DNA of 64,000 bases from Chrysomallon squamiferum (Eukaryota > Animalia > Mollusca): contig CM022671.1 of assembly GCA_012295275.1 (NCBI GenBank), forward strand, positions 34,534,001 through 34,598,000. Reading direction: 5' to 3'. The position numbers were made by a program, and so were the translations under genes. Shown here piece by piece: positions 27,492 through 41,889 of this stretch; the stretch's first letter is position 1; each line of letters begins with the position of its first letter. The notes beneath the pieces were generated by a model. It ran no database searches. It worked only from the letters and a program-made list of their open reading frames with translations, and was not told the origin of the DNA.

Positions 27492-28201
27492 TTGATATAT
27501 GTAGAAATATTTTATAATAATAATTCGAACGATTTAATTTTTTTTTTTAAATAATAATAAAAAATATAATAATGTTAAATGAGGTGACGATGTTGATGTT
27601 GACGTTATGATAGAGAAGATAATGAATATTATTATAGCAAAGATGAGGAAAGAAGAACTTATGGTGATGTCGATGCCAAATGCAACAACAATAACTACAA
27701 CAACAACAGCAGCAGCAACAACAATAATGATTATGATAAAAGTTGCAGAAATGATGATATGAATACACATGTTTATTATAAAATAACTTCATATAAATTC
27801 GAAATTGTCCCCATAGTTAACTCTAAATAGTCGTATTTCTAAAATAACTGATAATCAGCGTTTGAAAAATGTCAAAACGCTATTAAGAACGGGTTTTAAA
27901 TAACTATAGCTATATGAAGTGAGCGTAGAAGAGTCTGAACAGAACACAAGAAATTGCCGTGAACTAGTAAAACAGATTTATCTTGTGTACGATTCTGAAC
28001 AATCAGCTCTGTCTATCGGGAGTAATGTTCTGTCATTCTGAAACCTAGAAACTGTAAGAACTGACATTTTAGTATCTTATTAAGAATAATAATAAACCTG
28101 AAATTGTGATAGAGTTCGTAGGGTTAATGATCCAGAACGCAAATAATCATGATGCCAAACGCAAATATATAGGACTGTACAAAAAGGAATTAGGCCTAAA
28201 T

Positions 28202-29011
28202 CAGGGGTGCCTATGCTTTTTTTGGTTTGTAAGCTACTTTTTAAATGACCAAGTCAAAATGATCTACCTACAATAAAAACGCGAAGTATTTATTATGGCT
28301 GCAGGGCGGATGATAGGCTATTTTGTTTAGTGTCATGCGATCTACCCACACTGTCTGTGCGATCTACCCACACTGTCTGTGCGATCTACCCACACTGTCT
28401 GTGCGATCTACCCACACTGTCTATGTGATCTACCCACACTGTATGTGCGATCTACCCACACTGTATGTGCGATCTACCCACACTGTATGTGTGATCTACC
28501 CACACTGTCTGTGCGATCTGACCACACTGTCTGTACGATCTACCCGCACTGTCTATGCGATCTACCCACACTGTCTATGCGATCTACCCACACTGTATGT
28601 GCGATCTACCCACACTGTCTATGTGATCTACCCACACTGTCTATGTGATCTACCCACACTGTCTATGTGATCTACCCACACTGTCTATGAGATCTACCCA
28701 CAGTCTATGTGATCTATCCACACTATGAGATCTACCCACACTGTCTGTGTGATCTACCCACACTGTCTATGCAATCTACCCACACTGTCTGTGTGATCTA
28801 CCCACACTGTCTATGCGATCTACCCACACTGTCTATGCAATCTACCCACACTGTCTGTGTGATCTACCCACACTGTCTATGCAATCTACCCACACTGTCT
28901 GTGTGATCTACCCATACTGTCTATGTGATCTACCCGCACTGTCTATGTGATCTACCCACACTGTCTATGCAATCAACCGGTCGATCGCGATCGATGTATT
29001 GGGCACCACTG
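28202..29011. mobile_element. Non-autonomous hAT-superfamily DNA transposon (MITE), 810 bp
   Basis: TIRs CAGGGGTGCCTA... and ...TTGGGCACCACTG. Identical 8-bp TSD GCCTAAAT at 28194-28201 and 29012-29019. Subterminal TCGATCGCGATCGA. No transposase ORF. Confidence 0.9.
28337..28970. repeat. 22-bp minisatellite inside the MITE, about 29 copies (GYGATCTACCCACACTGTCTRT)
   Basis: Directly visible tandem array with low divergence. Confidence 0.95.
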
Positions 29012-29738
29012 GCCTAAATGATATATACCACAGCATCCTCATACTTACGATGGATTCACGTAACATGATTCAGTACTAGAATATAGGATTCAAGCTGTAG
29101 GATTTAAGATCACAGAACTGAGGACGAGGATTCGTTGACATGATTCAGCACAGAGAATTTTGGAATAGGACTGAGGCTAAAAGGGTTTTAGATAGCTTAA
29201 GAGCAGGACGCATTTCTAAGACAGAGGACGCCAGATATCTAATTCCTCGAAGACTCTGGTCTTTTCAGCAGAACGTAACGCTTGTTTTCAGCCGTTTCCC
29301 TGACACACTTTCATTAAACGGCGCACGTAAACCGTCTGACTGGCCAATAACGTGCTACGATTCATGGCTCTCGCTACCAGAGCCTTCGAGTGGAAATTCT
29401 CTTTATCGAATTTGCATGCAAATAAGGCTGGGTCGGACAGTTTAGAGAGATCGGGCGCGGCGTTACATCACAATTAAAATCTCCCAAAGTGTCAGAGCCG
29501 AGCTGTGATGACGCACACTCGCCACAGACTCTGTGTCTACACGTCTACGTGTTGACAGACAAACCCGCCGATAAAGGAACAAAATGGAATAAAAGACCGG
29601 AACTGGGAACGAGTGCAAAAAGGAAGATGCACACATTAACTGCAAAAATTATTGTCATTTTCTTGCTGTTGTTGTTTTTCTTATTTTTTTTTTTTATTTA
29701 TTTATTTCTTTTTTTTTTTTTTTTTTTTTTTTGTTTGT

Positions 29739-29769
<31 letters not shown>

Positions 29770-29776
29770 TCTTATT

Positions 29777-29811
<35 letters not shown>

Positions 29812-30784
29812 TCTTATTTTATTTATTCATCAATCTGTCGGCATCATATCCGTCTTTCCGCCTATATTTATCACGGACAGAACAGCTGTCGCACGCCTGA
29901 ACGGACACCCGCCGCCCACATCTCTCTGAGCCAGACGTTTACGTCATTTCTCAACATTTCAACACCTTCCGATCCTCTCTGCGGCTGTTCGTCCTTCTGT
30001 CTTTTCCTTCACATAAAATTTGACGACTGATCCCATCGACCGTTAAAAGAATCACTTGTACACACTCTTCCCCATCCATCACTCCTTTCATCCGTCCGTC
30101 ACTGTGTCCGTCCGCTCGTGTTTTCATCCATCAAACCGCAGATCGATGGAGTAGCTTACGAATGTTCAAAAATGAAGAGCACGTTCTTCCTCCGCGAGTT
30201 TGTAAACACTCGCTCACAGTTCTCACTCGAAGCATTTCAAAATCCATCCATCTATGTCGAAGTTGCACGCAGTAATGTCAAAATAAGTATTTATCTCTCG
30301 GATCAAGGCGGGGAGAGCCGAACTTTAAAGATTCTTGGATAGATAGAGGAGCAGAGATCACACGGTTAGATAATAGAAACCTACGCTAAAAATATGCACG
30401 TAAAGTATGCTCAGAAATGCTAATGATTTCTCTGCGTGTAGAGATACAGGATTATAAATAGACACTGACACCACAATGGAGCACTGTCTTAATACTGACA
30501 GGTAATTAGATAATGTACTTTTACAGGTATATCAAACACAAACATGCATGCATACATATACATATTACATAAGAACATGGATACATGTACATACATACAT
30601 GCAAGCATAAAATTACATATAACACACACACACAGACACACATACAAAATATCACACACACACACACACTCTCTCACACAGACACACATACATACACACA
30701 CACACACACTCTCTCACACAGACACACATACATACACACACACACACACACTCTCTCACACAGACACACATACATACACACACA

Positions 30785-30825
<41 letters not shown>

Positions 30826-31280
30826 TCATACAAAATATGCCTACACCATTTTGCATTCAAGTATTCAGTTTTTCGTAAATCTCTTTCCTTTTACCTTCAA
30901 CGATCGCATCACAAGATGCTCAATCTTTGTTTGCAATAAGGAGACAGACGAACTAACTTTAACGATTTGGTTTAGTTTCGTGACCCAGCCCTAATGAACT
31001 GATCTATATGAAATTGTTTTTAAACACCGTCGACAGTTAAAATATTGATAAAACGAAGAAAATGTTCGTGCACTCACGTAACGAGACAGCCACGAGACGA
31101 TTATTTACTTTATCAAAAAGTGCGACTGTCTCACCTGTTTAGTTATTAGTATAACGTATTTTGTATATATCATATATATATCTTAGTCATATTTTCAACT
31201 CTGATGAAAAAAAATTTGAAAAAGGAATATAAAATAAATTATAGTAAGTTAAAAAAATGTATTATTATTATTAAGATGAG

Positions 31281-31360
<80 letters not shown>

Positions 31361-31463
31361 ATTTGTTTTGTATAAAAACAGAACATGAAAATTATATTTA
31401 TTTATTTCAATTATCTGTTTATATCTCCGTCGTACATACACAGGAACACATAATTTAAATATA

Positions 31464-31505
<42 letters not shown>

Positions 31506-31508
31506 GAG

Positions 31509-31572
<64 letters not shown>

Positions 31573-32584
31573 GCAAAAACATTGAAATTAAATGTCGTTC
31601 TCGGAACGATAAACAAAATGAACTGCAGTGAGCACACAGTGCCTTATTGTAACGCCTTGTTTAATTGGTCAATCCGGTAATGCACACCTCGGGGCAAGGT
31701 TATCGTGACGGAACCAATTTCGCGACAAGCCCAAGACCAGACGTGTCGACATCTGGGGATTACAAACTTTATTACACAAATTGCTGGGCCAAATGCAATA
31801 ACTTCTCGGAAATTGTCATCTATGACGTTACACTAATAGAGTCTGTTATACTCATTTACAAATTAGACGGACTTAAAGGATTTTTGTAGTGGTGCCAAAA
31901 ATGTCACTTTAAAGAAAATTGAAAATAATAATAATAATAATTACAATAATAACAATAATAATGATAATAATAATAAATAAATAAATAAATAAATGACAAT
32001 TTTATTTTATTTTACTTTATTTTATCGCTTTATATTCGTTTATTTATTTATTTACATTCACTTATCGATTTATTTTTCCAGTCATTTAATTTTGCATTAA
32101 ACTCCCAACACTTTCGCTATTCATCCAAAATCAACCACACACACACTGAAAAAAAAAAAAAAAAAAAAAGGAGGCTATTATATGACTTTTATTGTGTATA
32201 AAGCCACAACACGAAAATGATAGCAGTTTGACGCTGTATTGATTTTCTCGCCGCTGTTGTGAATAGAACCCGAGATTACGCGCTCTGACGTTAATGACAG
32301 AAACACATCTGAGTTAATAGACATTCGTCAGACCGAGGCTGCACGCTCTACTGGTTACTTGGTGACTAGCTCTAGGACAAATATCAGCAGATTCGAACAA
32401 TTAGCGTTCGTTCTGTTAAAACGGTTTATTAAAATGGTAGGCAACGTTGTGAGTTTATTTTATTTTATTTTTTTAAATTTATTTATCATCATCATCATCA
32501 TCATTATTATTATGTATGATTTAATATCCCCCCTCTACATAGTTTAAAACCCTTGTATTCGATTTTCATTTATACGCTTATACT

Positions 32585-32665
32585 ACGTAATGGTTAAGAC
32601 TCATAGTTTGAGACTGGCAGGTATGCAGATCGATCCCAGTGCCGGGAGTGTGTGTCCTGTTTAGA
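32585..32665 (+). mobile_element. tRNA-like SINE head fragment
   Basis: A-box-like GTAATGGTTAAGAC followed by B-box-like GATCGATCCC. No cloverleaf. Confidence 0.35.
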
Positions 32666-34001
32666 ATTAAGCGGGAAAAAATGAAAATCATGCAGTTTAA
32701 TTGATAAAAAAATTTCTAACAGGCTGGAGATAACATATTATCAGTACAGCTTACCTAACATTCTAATAGTCTAATTTAAAATACTAATACTGTTGTGAAT
32801 GGATTATGAATAAGACCGAAACATGTTTGAACCTTCGGCGAAATGTTTAAAATGGCGGAGTGATTTATCGTATTCATTTATATCCAGTCAAAATAGCAAA
32901 ACAAATGTTCTTTATTTATTTCATGCTAATGTTTTAATTCCGTAATCAGTTAATCAATTTTCTTAATAATCATTAGACCAGTAAACAGTATAATTAAATT
33001 TTCTAACTACTGCCAAATGCTTTTTTTCTTCTTTTTTTTCTGTTTTCGGAAGAATTTCGGCGCTATAGAATGAAAGAAATTTATTTGAGGAAAAAAAAAA
33101 AACAGAGACAGCATGGAAAACAGACAGAAAAAAGGGGATTAAGAAGGATATAAAGGCAAAACCATAAACAGGCAGGAAGACAGAAAATAGAAAGAGGGAG
33201 CAAAGGAAAAGTAAAAGAGAAATGGACTGAGAACGGAAATATTTCACGTTTGTAGTTCAGTACCTACAGACTTTTTCGATTTATCAGTGATACAAAAAAC
33301 GCTAGAAGGATTGAGTTGTTAGGAAACATTTACAGACTCAGTCTTACGAGGATTTTGATACATTCGTACAAAGAATGCATATCGGATTTAACTAATGCTA
33401 AACTCATTTTTTATATAATAATTTTGTATAATATTTTCTTTGCATTTTTATTTATTTATTTATTTTTCTAAATTAATTTATTGTCTATTCTGTAACATTT
33501 CAAAGAAATGAAATCAAAGTTTATCGTATATTGGAAGAATTTCGCAGATGTATATTATTACATTCTACAGTGTTCCAATTTTCACCCCTAGAAAAAAAAA
33601 ATCTAAATAAAATTATGCTGTTTGCTGAATGTATCGCAATTACAGTGTTTGAAATCTAATTTCTGCCTGTGTCCTGTTCGATTGACGTTGTCTGTATACG
33701 GTGACAGAAAAGTAGTGATTATCTGTGCATGCTGAAGTCGAGATTTCAGAAAGTACAGTTTTTGCATCCCTATTTCAAAATGATGTTTATGTGTTTTTAC
33801 AAAGCAATAAGCGGAAAGCACCAAAAAAATAAAAATAAAAGCGATGGGAAAAGGAAACATTTAATACAAATGTCAAATGTGAATTAAAATAAGCAATAAC
33901 AACCATAAAAAAAAGTATTAATTAAATAAAATAATCAATAAATGAATGAATGAATTAATGAATAAAAATTATAATTAAACAGACAGTCGGACGGACGGAC
34001 G

Positions 34002-34051
<50 letters not shown>

Positions 34052-34098
34052 TAGATAATGATGATGATCACGAAGATGATAAAAACGATGATGATGGC

Positions 34099-34129
<31 letters not shown>

Positions 34130-34222
34130 GTAACAGCCACAGCAACAACAACAACAACAACAACAACAGCAATAACAACAACAATAACCACAACAAAAGA
34201 TAAAACTGTATTTGATAATTAC

Positions 34223-35213
34223 CTATTGTCCGGGTTCTCCATGATGGATTCCAGGTCAGAAATGGACCCGGTGTCATCCGACAGCACCATAGGCATCCGC
34301 TTTCTGCTTTGAGGCGGAGACTGGAACTGGAAGATGATGCTGGGGTCGGACTTGCGCGACCTTTCCGAGTAGCTTTCCCTGAACCTCGTTAACTCGCAGT
34401 TGTATTTGTAGTTGTCCACGTGCCCCAGAGAACTGGGTCTCTGAGTTCGAGTCCGACCGCCGTGCCTCTCGTTTCGCAGGCAGACGGGACTGATTTGGGA
34501 GTAGTAGCCGTCGTCGCGACCACTGCTGCTCACGCTGCTCTGTCTGCCGTGGCTGTGGTTGATGTTGCACTGGACAGAGACGTCGCGTTGCCATGGAAAG
34601 CGGGCGTCGTAGGTGTCGCCGATGATGTCCCATTTGCGATAGTGCGAGACGTCGGAGGTATTGTCGCTCTGGCTCCGTTTTAAATTGTATCTGTCCGAAG
34701 ACATTTCGTCTGTTTCCGTTGTGCTTGGCTCGTCGACCGGTATCGAACTTTCACGAAGAAGGCCGAAGTGGTGCTGCTGCTGCTGGGAACTTGATTCGTT
34801 GGGCCATTCGGAATTCACAGTGTCGTCGTTCTCGTACGATCTGTTGGAAGAAATGCACGACGTCGACTTCGACGACAGCGCCGCATACCTCGCTCTCAGC
34901 CCGTTGCGTCTGTCTACGTACGAATTTGTTACTTTCGTTCTAGTTTGACCGTTCGGGCTAGCCTGACCGTTTCGTGACTTTTCTTCGGGAAGCTCGTCAT
35001 TGGTCGGGGATGTTCGGTAACCTTCGCAATCGTCAACGGAACTGGACGTTCCCGACCAACTCGATCTGTTGAAAAGGTGTTTCTGCCGAGTTTTGATGTC
35101 GATGGGCGGACGTCGGCGCCGTGGTGGGACTGCGGGGACGGAGTTTTTCTTAATGGTGGAGTCGCTGCCGTTCTCATCAGCGTGTTCCTGAACGCTTGCT
35201 AGATAATCGTCAC
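34223..35213 (-). CDS. Large internal exon (991 nt), Ser/Arg/Asp-rich, probably disordered: DDYLASVQEHADENG...DLESIMENPDN
   Basis: GC-rich island in AT-rich DNA. One frame is open for all 991 nt, extending supplied ORF 34219..34818 upstream. Acceptor tttttcttttttctcAG|GT, donor AG|GTAATT, phase 1 to 2. Confidence 0.92.
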
Positions 35214-36312
35214 CTGAGAAAAAAGAAAAATAAGATAGTGAAATTTTTTTTTACAGTTTAAAACTTGTGTTTTCAAACTTCTCGGTCATTTAAAAGTTAA
35301 TCTCTTATATAATCACATCCTTTGCCAAGAGCAGCGCATGCCACATTTTTCGATAGCAATTCTGCTAAAAATATAAATAAACAAACAAATAAACAAACGA
35401 AAAAAGTTTCGTGTGGCTTACTTTGGAGCAAGAAACTGCTGAGAAAGAACACCGAAGAGAGTCGATCCTACGACCTGTCAGTCTTAAAATAATCGTTCAA
35501 GATAATGAATAACAGCTGATTCACACGCACAAAAAAAATAAAATACTAGAAGTGGACGAGGGAGGGGGGGAGCAAGGTAAAGAGAAGCTTCAGCTTTCAA
35601 CAGACTAATGAAAACCGACTACTACGATTGTCTCTGTTTCTCAAAGATTGCCAAACAGCCAGAGAAATCTGTGAAAACGCCAACTCTCTCACGTCATTAC
35701 ATGTTCTAACATCGTCTTGCAGACAGCAGTAAAAACTGATAACAGTATTTAAATAAAAAAATACATTCCTTTCTCGTAAGAGTTTAATGCTCAAGTTCTT
35801 TTCTTTCGCGTCTTGTTCCTATGTATGTATTGCTATTGATTTACATTCAGTGTGTTTAATGTCTCTAGTTTTAACACCGCGATTTGAGAATAGTATTAAC
35901 GATGCACCTCTCCATTCACGTATATGTATGACTCACCAAAATTATTTTGACTTGTAGACAGACAGACAGATAACAGGCGAAACAGACAAACAAATAAACA
36001 TACGTACTGACAGACGCGGTCATAAATTCAGATAGAGGTAGGTACAGAGATAGCGATCTATGACAATATGTGTTTCTTTATGTAAAGCCTCTAATGTCAT
36101 ATTAATAATTATATGAGATTTTCCCAAATAATTGTTCTGTGCGTTTAACAGATATTACCATCTTTTATTCATTAGCCAAGTAATGTTAGCAATGAAAGCA
36201 CATCAGTGTAGATAATGAGAAAAGTCAACGTAACACACAAACAACCAGAAAAAAACGTCAGTTACAACCCTGACTTAATATCTTCTAGCATTAACAAACC
36301 CATTATTTAGAA

Positions 36313-36950
<638 letters not shown>

Positions 36951-37149
36951 TATATAGATAGACACAGAGACAGATAACTAGACAGATAGATACATAGATA
37001 AACTGATACAAAAAATAGGAAGAGAGATAGACAGACATATAGTGCATATATACATTTACGTAGATAGATAATTAAACAGAAAGACAGATATATAGATAGA
37101 CAGACATGCAGACATACAGACATACGTAAATAGATAAATAAATAGACAT

Positions 37150-37204
<55 letters not shown>

Positions 37205-37312
37205 GACAACATACAGGCAGACATAGATAGATACCTGGCTTAAAACGGCTGGAAACTTTTAACTTTTATGCACTAAATACGTTCTGAACATGAGTGTGAG
37301 AAAGGTTTTGGA

Positions 37313-37350
<38 letters not shown>

Positions 37351-37968
37351 ACAAACGCACAAATGTTTCAACACGTTGGCAGTGATCCAAACGAAATATT
37401 TGTGAATATCAGTATCAGATGACACTAACGAGTGAAGCGTCACAAACTCGTTTTAAAAACAGAGATCATCATTATCTGGGGAAGTTTAAAATTTATTATG
37501 AACCGTGGACTAAATAATTAACGTAAGTGTAAAACGAAAATTGAGTCAGAAACCTCTGAGTACGATTTAAAGTTCAGTTAATGGATGTACACCTGCACTG
37601 ATGGACCTGACGATGAATGGATGCATGCACGGATGGATGGATGAAGGATGGAAGGAAGAAATGCAAGACGAATGGACGTATAGATAAACAAATAAAAAAG
37701 TAAACAAGTGTAGAACAGATATACCAGCTGCAATTCCGAAGAATTGTTTCTCTAAACTGCATATTTCACTGCTACAATAATCACGTAATAAAGTGCGCAA
37801 ATAATATTAGTTGGATATCACCAACTACAGTACTCTCTACAATACTCTCTACAATACTCACTCACTCACTCACTCACTCTCTCACTCTCTCACTCTCTCT
37901 CTGTCTGTCTCTTTCTCTGTGCCTGGCTTACATTTATATATCTCTAACACAAATTCAAACACCCACTC

Positions 37969-38018
<50 letters not shown>

Positions 38019-38031
38019 TCACACACACAAA

Positions 38032-38066
<35 letters not shown>

Positions 38067-38667
38067 CACAGTTAAACACAGACACACATACATACATCGT
38101 TTCTTTCGAGAAGTCCTATTCTAAAAAAAAAAAATAATAATAATAATAATAATAATAACAAAAAAAAGACTGAGGTAAAATCGCGACTTAAATTAAAACT
38201 GCCAACTTACCAGACGGAAATTCCTAGACTGCAGTGGTGCTTTCATCAAGCTTGGACTGACTGATTCGATTACAACATTAGCGATCGCCTCACTGAAGCA
38301 GATACCGATAAAGACCACCCCGGGCTTCCGTAGATGAGACAGCATATGTTACTAAACACTATCTACTACTTCATCTTCAGTCCTTACTTCGTTTATTTTT
38401 TATTTTTTGTTTTGTTTAAATTGAATCTTGGATTTTCTGCTTATCATTTCTTTTTTTTTTTTTACCCTATTTTTTAATTTAATTTTATATTTATTTGTTT
38501 CTATTTATTTATTTATTTATTTATTTACTTTTTTACTTTTTTCTGTTTATTATTTACTAACTTCTTCTTAATGGTGTTTTCTTACATTCGTTCACCTGTG
38601 TGCTTATTCTTTCGTTTAGACAAACATTCGTTTATTCATGTCCCATAAAAAATATTCTAATAATACC

Positions 38668-38702
<35 letters not shown>

Positions 38703-39061
38703 CAAAGCCAAGTTAAATTGTATTGACTGGTTATTTAAAAACTAAAGGTTATTTTTCTTTTAAGCAACGGTAAAAGATTGCCGTGTTTAATTAAGACAGG
38801 TTTACAAAATCAATAAAGAAATAGTCATAATGTTAAAGTTTTAAACATCTGCAAGCTGTGAACAAATAATCATAGCACTTGTAAAACGTGTTGCGTTTAT
38901 ACAGCTGGATGCCTGCACTGTATACACTTGTGTTGACTATAAATTTTAAAATAAATTTAAACTTTTAGAATGAGTTTTACCTCGATATCACGTTTTGTTA
39001 ATGTAACGATTTTTAATTTTACGCTCTACAGTTCAAATAGTGTCAGCTACTACAACTATTG

Positions 39062-39113
<52 letters not shown>

Positions 39114-39775
39114 TACTACTACTAATAATAATAATAATATAACAATAATAATAATAACAGTGTTGATAGTAGTAACAGCAGTTGTAGTAGTAGTAATAGT
39201 ATTAGTAGAAGTAGCAGTAGCAGTCGTAGCAGTAGAAGTAACAACAGTAGTTGTAGCAGTGATAGTCACAGTCGTAGTTGTAGCAGCAGTAATAACAGCA
39301 GTAGTAGTTACTGTTATAGTAGTAGTAACAGTTATAATTTCGACAGTAAACTAGTAGCAGTTACTAACTAATTAAACGAATAACAAATATAATTCCTGCT
39401 TTGTTTGTGTTTTCTTTTAATCTACTTACCGTTTATCAAACGTTACATCCTACTGCAAAATTCCACGTATGATAGATAATACCACAGTATTTTCAATTTC
39501 CCATTTTTTTACGAAACGTGCGGCGTTTAAAAACCGCCGATTCCAGTTACCGTCTGCTTCGATGTCTGACGAACTGGAGCAGCCGATTAATACTGCATTA
39601 CGCGCCTTCACAACACAACTTAAATACATTTTAACTGATCTCTGTTGTCACTGTTGTTATGTCTGGTTCAACTATATCCCCCCTCGGGGATATGACTAAT
39701 GGAACTCGCCAACTAATATAATAATAAGAAAGATAAACCTGTCTAAATGTTACTCAGGTTGTGTAAACCGTTTTC

Positions 39776-39868
<93 letters not shown>

Positions 39869-40066
39869 GCTCTTTTTGTTTTGCAATTAATGAGCGTTTT
39901 ATTATTACTGTTATTGTTATTAGTTAGAAATAGTAGTAGTAGTAGTAGTAGCAGCAGCAGTAGTAGAAGTAGTAGCAGTAGTAACTAGTTTATTTATACA
40001 TGTATATCAGTGTATCTGCTCACAGACATACACACACCTTTATCTATCTGTCTATCTGTCTATCTG

Positions 40067-40100
<34 letters not shown>

Positions 40101-40454
40101 CTATTCCATTCCAGTGCATTTCCATTAAAACAGTACATTTCTACACATATCAGTTTTCTGCGGTGTAACAAACAGAAAAACGAAGCGAGAGAAACTTGGC
40201 TGATGAGAAAAAAAACAGAAAGAGAGAGAGAGAAACAAAAACAGAGAGAGACAGGAAGAGAGAAGGATTCTGTTCCAGCATAAATAAGAGAAGTTATTTT
40301 TCATTCAGGTGTCTGACACACACAACAAGAGAGAGGCCTGGAGCTCTCGTGTACCTGCCAGTCAGAAAACAGAACAGTGACACGGAATCTTCACGTATCA
40401 ACACTAAACACAATACGCACACGAAACGAAACAGCTGAGGACAAAATGACGGTT

Positions 40455-40974
<520 letters not shown>

Positions 40975-41706
40975 AAAACAGATAGATTTAATTTACTCAT
41001 TAAGACAATAACATCACTATGGGCCATGCAGTGCGTGTTTGTTTGCTGATGTTTCTCGGTTTTTAAACGATTCTTTATTAACTATCTCTACACTTCTGAT
41101 CGCATCGCTACGTTAAATGATGCGTGAAGCTGTTTATAATGAAACGTTTATTCTCGTGTAACTCACTGAACGCTTGTGTATTTCAAACTAGTTATTTAAG
41201 TGACGTACACAGGTTAGAAAAATACTGTGAGAGTTAGACTAATTGATAAATTTGTGTCCGACCAACACAATGACTTGCGTCTCCATGTCACTAGATTATG
41301 TTACTATTTCTCACTTATATATAATTATATTTGTTTGTGTGTTCTTCCTCACTGGAATGTGTGTTTCTCTGTGTGTGTCTGTGTGTGTGTGTGTGTGTGT
41401 CTGTGTGTGTGTATGTGTGTGTGTATGTGTGTACTTAGAATTGAATATTCTCTGTCTTATGCACGTCTGAATAGACTCTGCATATAGACAATATTCGGCA
41501 ACGCACTGGCGCAGGAGGACAAAGTCCAATCACGACATCACAAAACCTGTCAGATACCGCTGACATTCTTTCGCCCGCACTCCAACGCCATCAGACAAAT
41601 CTTTTCAATAACCGAGGGTAATCATCGCTTCCTAAGATGCATTCCATTCTTTGTCTTTCGTCTTTCTTACGTAGGTTTTTCTTTGGATGCATATGTTTGT
41701 TTTTGT

Positions 41707-41765
<59 letters not shown>

Positions 41766-41804
41766 TGCCTCTTTAGTTTGTTGAATATATTTATTGTATT
41801 GTAA

Positions 41805-41889
<85 letters not shown>

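Noticed and set aside
28323-28906. Cys/His-rich repeat ORFs (CDLPTLSVRSTHTVCAIYPH)
   Set aside because: They are translations of the 22-bp non-triplet minisatellite inside the MITE, so the same peptide appears in all frames.
34274-35177. Overlapping alternative-frame and antisense ORFs
   Set aside because: They are shadows of the GC-rich coding exon. Only one frame spans acceptor to donor.
39674-39700. Hairpin ATATCCCC-CTC-GGGGATAT as a Helitron 3' end
   Set aside because: Spacing to the CTRR-like end is atypical, and there is no 5' end or second copy.
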